Part shown: piece by piece, positions 40,216 to 44,285 of the stretch | Layout: each line of letters starts with the position of its first letter | Numbering within the stretch: position 1 is the stretch's first letter | Sequence record: NZ_CP044414.1 | Length of the DNA: 44,285 bases | Direction: 5' to 3' (one strand) | Source: a plasmid | The notes under the pieces: model-generated | What the model was told of the DNA's origin: nothing | Seen by the model: only the letters and a program-made list of their open reading frames with translations | Database searches by the model: none | Program-made: the position numbers and the translations under genes

Positions 40216-40456
40216 TGACGAATCTAATTTCTCGTATAAAACCTATTTATGGGGAATTGTCGGCTTTATAGTTTTCGCATTAATTTATACGCCCCTTGTT
40301 TGGTTACCAATTATAAAGAATCGCCTACAAACGGGAGTTGGAAATAGCACACTCTTTTGGATCGTCAATTGTATCGGCGTAATACCCTTCATCGCAGTTT
40401 ATGGATTAATCAAGGCAATGTTTAAAAAGTGGCGCAAAGAGAAAGGAAGTAAGTAG
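40208..40456 (+). CDS. small membrane protein (2 TM helices)
   Basis: ATGGATGA start-stop overlap with the upstream gene. Confidence 0.45.
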   Translation: MDDDESNFSYKTYLWGIVGFIVFALIYTPLVWLPIIKNRLQTGVGNSTLFWIVNCIGVIPFIAVYGLIKAMFKKWRKEKGSK

Positions 40457-40457
40457 G

Positions 40458-40562
40458 ATGGGAAAAGCAGATTTATTACCGATGGGTTCGTTAGTATATT
40501 TAAAGGGCGGCGATATGAAGTTAATGATTATTGCCCGGGGACCGATTTTTGAAGATAAATAA
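40458..40562 (+). pseudogene. DUF4176-like N-terminal fragment
   Basis: MGKADLLPMGSLVYLKGGDMKLMIIARG. Confidence 0.3.
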
Positions 40563-40737
40563 GCTTTATCAGACTGTTCGGATCTAATTTTCTAAACACG
40601 GCATCAAGTGCCCACAGAATCCGAAGAGACTGACAAACAGCTGGTAAAGCAGCCCGTTTTTTTTTACGACATCATGTGTCCAATAGCGATATGGCTTATT
40701 TGCTTTATCTCCACTTTTATTTTAGGCAAAAATAAAA

Positions 40738-40771
40738 GTGTTGAATCATAATTCCGTCGAATTATGATTCA
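40738..40771 (-). terminator. terminator of the second Fst-like toxin gene
   Basis: gttgaatcataattc...gaattatgattcaac followed by a T-run on the minus strand. Confidence 0.55.
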
Positions 40772-40894
40772 ACACCAGGTTAGTATGTTTTTTTGCCGAT
40801 GATTTTTAATCAGCTCAACAACTAAGGCTATTAGATTGATAATCAATGTACCAAACAATAACATTAGCTGTAATGCGTCCGTAATGGACAACAT
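40769..40894 (-). CDS. Fst/Ldr-like type I toxin paralog (41 aa)
   Basis: MLSITDALQLMLLFGTLIINLIALVVELIKNHRQKNILTWC after AAAGGAG. The 5' leader is a repeat of 4703..4818. Confidence 0.45.
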   Translation of the reverse strand: MLSITDALQLMLLFGTLIINLIALVVELIKNHRQKNILTWC

Positions 40895-41010
40895 GGCTAC
40901 TCCTTTCGTTAGGTTTCCGGTTATCTATGATGATTACACCATAGGTACCACCTTCTTCCAGTTTCGCCACCGCCTTAACTTCTCTACTTAATCCATTATA
41001 CAGAAAAATT
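40895..41010. repeat. second copy of the toxin leader/promoter repeat
   Basis: Matches 4703..4818. Confidence 0.7.
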
Positions 41011-41031
41011 ATCTTAATGTATCATTATTTT

Positions 41032-41539
41032 TAGCTCACAGCTTAAGCCTTTAGAAAAACATGCTTTAGAGCAATTGAAAGATAATTCGCCAATGCAGTT
41101 TACCACTCAGGAGCATGAACAGGGCCTTGCTTATTTGAGTGGGCATGTCAAACCTGATGAGATTCAGAATGCTAACTTGTTACGGGTATTGAAGAATAGA
41201 GGCACGCAACAATTATTTATTGGTGAAGCCAGCCAGGATCACGAGATTTCGGTTAAACAGATTACACAAGTTAAGCAAGCTTTAGAGCGGCATAATCAAA
41301 AAAAGGATAATTACCGTCACGAAAGCATGGCAGATTATCGAGCAGTTAATTATCGGGAAACTAAGCCACGGGACTATTTAGGCAGACTATTAACGGACAC
41401 GTTAATGAACTTATTGTATGACGACCAGCAGGAGCAGATGCAAACACAAAAAAGACAGGTAGACTTAGCGTATGAATTAGAGAGAAAGCAACGGCAACAT
41501 CATAAAAAAGGACGACATTATGGGATTTTGCATAGATAA
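41032..41539 (+). pseudogene. relaxase C-terminal fragment, paralog of MobA residues about 520-689
   Basis: [15 protein letters not shown]...QLFIGE...RKQRQH aligns to the 28402 gene. It begins at the toxin-repeat junction with no N-terminus. Confidence 0.55.
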
Positions 41540-41592
41540 AGACAGACTAACTTATTTTTTGAATTAAATTCGATATATGATATAATTGACTT

Positions 41593-41964
41593 ATGAAAAC
41601 ACCAAAGTTTAAGAGCTATCAACGATTAAATGGTCATGATGAGTTTGTGGAATTTTATCAGCAATTACCAGTCAAAGATCGTAAAAAATTAATTGCATTA
41701 ATCCAAGCAATTGAACAACAAGGACTATTAACAGCTGCTAAAATGGAGTGGATCAAGAAATTAGACAGTAACCTATACGAGATTAGGTCCAAAGTTGCTT
41801 CAAATATCCAAAGAGGTTTGTATTTTCATGCCGAAGAAGAGCAATACATTATTACGCATGGTTTTACTAAGAAGACTCAGAAAACACCAGCACGTGAAAT
41901 AAAGCATGCTAAGGTAATTCGTGCAGAATACTATCAACGAAAGGAAGATGAAAAGAATGGCTAA
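41593..41964 (+). CDS. HigB/Gp49-like toxin
   Basis: LYEIRSK...RGLYFH...YIITHGFTKKTQKTPAREIKHA. Confidence 0.6.
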   Translation: MKTPKFKSYQRLNGHDEFVEFYQQLPVKDRKKLIALIQAIEQQGLLTAAKMEWIKKLDSNLYEIRSKVASNIQRGLYFHAEEEQYIITHGFTKKTQKTPAREIKHAKVIRAEYYQRKEDEKNG

Positions 41965-42244
41965 CAAAATTTATTTAACAGATATTGATGATCTTTTTTC
42001 CAAAGATTTACAAGATCCAACCTTTGCTAATGATGTTAAAGCAGAACTAAATAAATTAAATAGTGCTGTCGCGGTACGGAGTGAACGTGAAGCGTACGGC
42101 TGGACTCAACATGATTTAGCAGAAAAGTCGGGTTTACCACAGTCAACAATTGCTAGAGTGGAAAATGGTGCTAATACAAGCATGGATACCATTTCAAAGA
42201 TTGCAAATGCATTTGGCAAGTCGTTGCAAATTAGTTTTGCTTAA
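41957..42244 (+). CDS. HigA-like XRE-HTH antitoxin
   Basis: WTQHDLAEKSGLPQSTIARVENG HTH. It overlaps the toxin stop. Confidence 0.6.
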   Translation: MANKIYLTDIDDLFSKDLQDPTFANDVKAELNKLNSAVAVRSEREAYGWTQHDLAEKSGLPQSTIARVENGANTSMDTISKIANAFGKSLQISFA

Positions 42245-42326
42245 TTTGTAATTAGTAAAAGGCATTCACCTTAAATGAATGTCTTTTTAACTATCTAGTG
42301 AGTTATTGGAAAGAGGAGATATTAAT

Positions 42327-42585
42327 GCGTTTAGATTATCAGCAAACCTACAAAGAAGAGATTTTAGTGGAATTTGCTAGTAGTGTTTATGCGCAAGTAG
42401 TTAATTTAGTTGTTGAGCATAAGTTGAATATTCATGATGAAAATCATTTCTTAGTTCATCTTATGCACCAGTTAGGAGACGCTAAGTTGGCAATCACAGA
42501 CGCTCATTCTTTGGAAGAACTAGAGACAACTCAAGAATACTGGCAAACTATGAATGAATACGTAAAGAGACTCTGTTTAATGTAA
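42327..42585 (+). CDS. hypothetical protein
   Basis: ORF after GGAAAGAGGAG. Confidence 0.35.
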
Positions 42586-42601
42586 AGAGGGAGGAAAATA
42601 A

Positions 42602-42775
42602 ATGACACCTGAAGAATTAGCACGTGCGTTTCAAGTTTCCGAAGATGATATTTGGAATTTTATGAATGATAAAACCTATTCAAAAAATCAATATGGTGAA
42701 GTTATTATTTCTGGGATTGACTGTGTAGAAATGCATGATTATTTTGTTCATGGCATTAAAGACGGTTTTGATTAA
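42602..42775 (+). CDS. hypothetical small protein (57 aa)
   Basis: MTPEELARAFQVSEDDIWNF... after GAGGGAGG. Not in the ORF track. Confidence 0.3.
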   Translation: MTPEELARAFQVSEDDIWNFMNDKTYSKNQYGEVIISGIDCVEMHDYFVHGIKDGFD

Positions 42776-43056
42776 AGTGAGGAGTGAGTAAAACGACAAC
42801 GAGAAAAGAATATTTTGCGGATAGGATAGCGAACTATCTAGCAGAGTTAAACAAGTTGAATCTTAATGCGTAAGCACAAACATTTAGTCCAGCTGATTAT
42901 CAAGAATATTTAGTTGAATGGGACGATGTCTTAACTTCTTTGCGTGATTGTTCTAATGAGTTTGCTAAGGAAAACCTACAAATGATAGTTGAATGACTAA
43001 CTTCGAGTCTATTTGATAATTAAATATGTGCTGTTGACTGAAATTGAAAAGAAAAT

Positions 43057-43101
43057 AAGAAACGCATGAAATCAATGTTCAAAAACAGATCTCATGCGTT
43101 T
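43057..43101. terminator. bidirectional hairpin terminator
   Basis: aagaaacgcatga...tcatgcgtttctt. Confidence 0.6.
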
Positions 43102-43170
43102 CTTTAGTTTGTCTTATAAAGGAGTTAAAAACTTTTTGTTTTTGTGACTAGCCTTTCAATACTATAAGTT

Positions 43171-44285
43171 CTATTCAACACCTTTTAATGCCTGAACCAT
43201 ATCTATCCGTTTTACGCGACGACTAATAAACAAAGTTGTTGATAGAGAACAGATCCACACAAAAACACTAGATATAACAATTGTTTTCCAATCAAAGTAT
43301 CTTGTATATTCAAGATTAATTGTTGAAAAGATGCTAACATATTGTCCTAAGAACCAGATTCCCGCAGGAATTCCAATAATCCACCCTACGAACGTAGTCA
43401 TTAAATTTTCCATTAATGTTAGATTTCGAATCTCATTTCGATGTGTTCCTAAGACTCGTAGCGTGGCATAATCACGGGTACGCTCAACAAAACTTAGTGA
43501 TCCAAGGTTATACAAAACGATCACGATTAATAAAACTCCAAAAACAATGATCAAAATAAAAATACTCATTAGATTATTAACAAAGTTATAGGCATTGTTT
43601 TTCTGATCTTTGATTTTAATAGTCGAGTCAATTTCGTTTTTGTTATAAGTGTAATTCTTTTTAACTAGTAAAGTTGAAGGAGCAAAGGTTCCTCCTGCTT
43701 TTTCCCAGGACTTTTTAGTTATATAGGCTCCCTGGTTTGTTTCACTAGTAATAATTCCTTTAACCCTAATTCGAGAGTATTGGTTATAGCCAAAGGTTTT
43801 CACCTTAAGCTTGTCGCCAATTTTTATATTAGCCCTTTTAGCAAAGCCTTGAGTTACATAAAGGCCACCATCTTTGATAGTTTTTCCTGTAGTGGTTTGA
43901 CTATTGACACTGTTTCCAGGACCAACAATTACTAGAAGACGATTATAGCCGTCATCAGGGGTAAAATGTGCAGAGCTTAACTGTACCCATTGTTTTGCTT
44001 GTGGGTGCTCAGTTGAGTATTGAGAATAACTATTAACCGTAAGTCGTTTATCATAAGTAAAGTCTTGGGTATATGCTTTGTCGACTAAATGGTTCATAGA
44101 TTGCGGCATACCAACTCCTGCTATCATAAGCATCATACCACCTGCAACACCAATAATTCCCATTAAAGTGCGAGTCCGATTAATGAAGACATCTCTAATT
44201 GCCCATCTACCAGCATATGGAATGTGTGTCCATAACCACTCCCAATGTTCAATAAATATTTTATGGGCAGAACTTTCCTCTTTAC
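43171..44285 (-). CDS. FtsX-family ABC permease, 5' end beyond the window
   Basis: The open frame continues through 44285 (..IRDVFINRTRTLMGIIGVAGG..). Large extracytoplasmic domain followed by three C-terminal TM helices. Confidence 0.65.
   Translation of the reverse strand, partial: KEESSAHKIFIEHWEWLWTHIPYAGRWAIRDVFINRTRTLMGIIGVAGGMMLMIAGVGMPQSMNHLVDKAYTQDFTYDKRLTVNSYSQYSTEHPQAKQWVQLSSAHFTPDDGYNRLLVIVGPGNSVNSQTTTGKTIKDGGLYVTQGFAKRANIKIGDKLKVKTFGYNQYSRIRVKGIITSETNQGAYITKKSWEKAGGTFAPSTLLVKKNYTYNKNEIDSTIKIKDQKNNAYNFVNNLMSIFILIIVFGVLLIVIVLYNLGSLSFVERTRDYATLRVLGTHRNEIRNLTLMENLMTTFVGWIIGIPAGIWFLGQYVSIFSTINLEYTRYFDWKTIVISSVFVWICSLSTTLFISRRVKRIDMVQALKGVE

Noticed and set aside
1-44285. CRISPR arrays
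   Set aside because: No regularly spaced short direct repeats with unique spacers were seen. The repeat families present are iterons, palindromes, and IS or toxin-module copies.

Overview
The window is an AT-rich, Lactobacillaceae-type plasmid or accessory mosaic carrying many modules.

Main content, in order:
- A decayed antimicrobial-peptide-type ABC transporter (ATPase plus FtsX permease) and other frameshifted genes occupy 1-4.1 kb.
- Two Fst/Ldr-like type I toxin genes are present, each with a conserved 5' leader. Copies of a convergent sRNA-plus-terminator element occur four times.
- There are two serine recombinases and IS30, IS3 and ISL3 remnants.
- A class Ib-type ribonucleotide reductase operon sits in the unusual order nrdF-nrdI-nrdE. 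Its NrdF carries Val/Pro/Lys at three canonical metal-ligand glutamates, the signature of the metal-free class Ie (DOPA-radical) enzymes.
- Two ParA partition loci are present, each with its own palindromic sites.
- Type II toxin-antitoxin pairs include Phd/ParE, DinJ-like/MazF-like and HigB/HigA, plus YafQ-like fragments.
- A RepA_N replication gene contains 54-bp tandem repeats inside its coding sequence.
- A MobA/MobL relaxase has an RSF1010-like nic motif upstream.
- Other genes: mscL, a DUF4143 ATPase, a truncated disulfide oxidoreductase, and an LPXTG Cna-B adhesin with a perfect 558-bp tandem duplication.

The most interesting segment is 14.0-21.3 kb. It is very AT-rich and bracketed by ~75-bp direct repeats. 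It encodes a promoter, a 47-aa acidic Cys/Ser-containing peptide, an attenuator, a SagB-like nitroreductase-fold dehydrogenase, a TldD/PmbA-like HExxxH protein, an E1/ThiF-like adenylyltransferase, a short YcaO-domain protein and two fused TMD-NBD ABC exporters. This is the architecture of a YcaO-type RiPP (bacteriocin-like) biosynthetic cassette. No close described match is recognised from sequence alone.

All calls are from reading the sequence. No searches were run.
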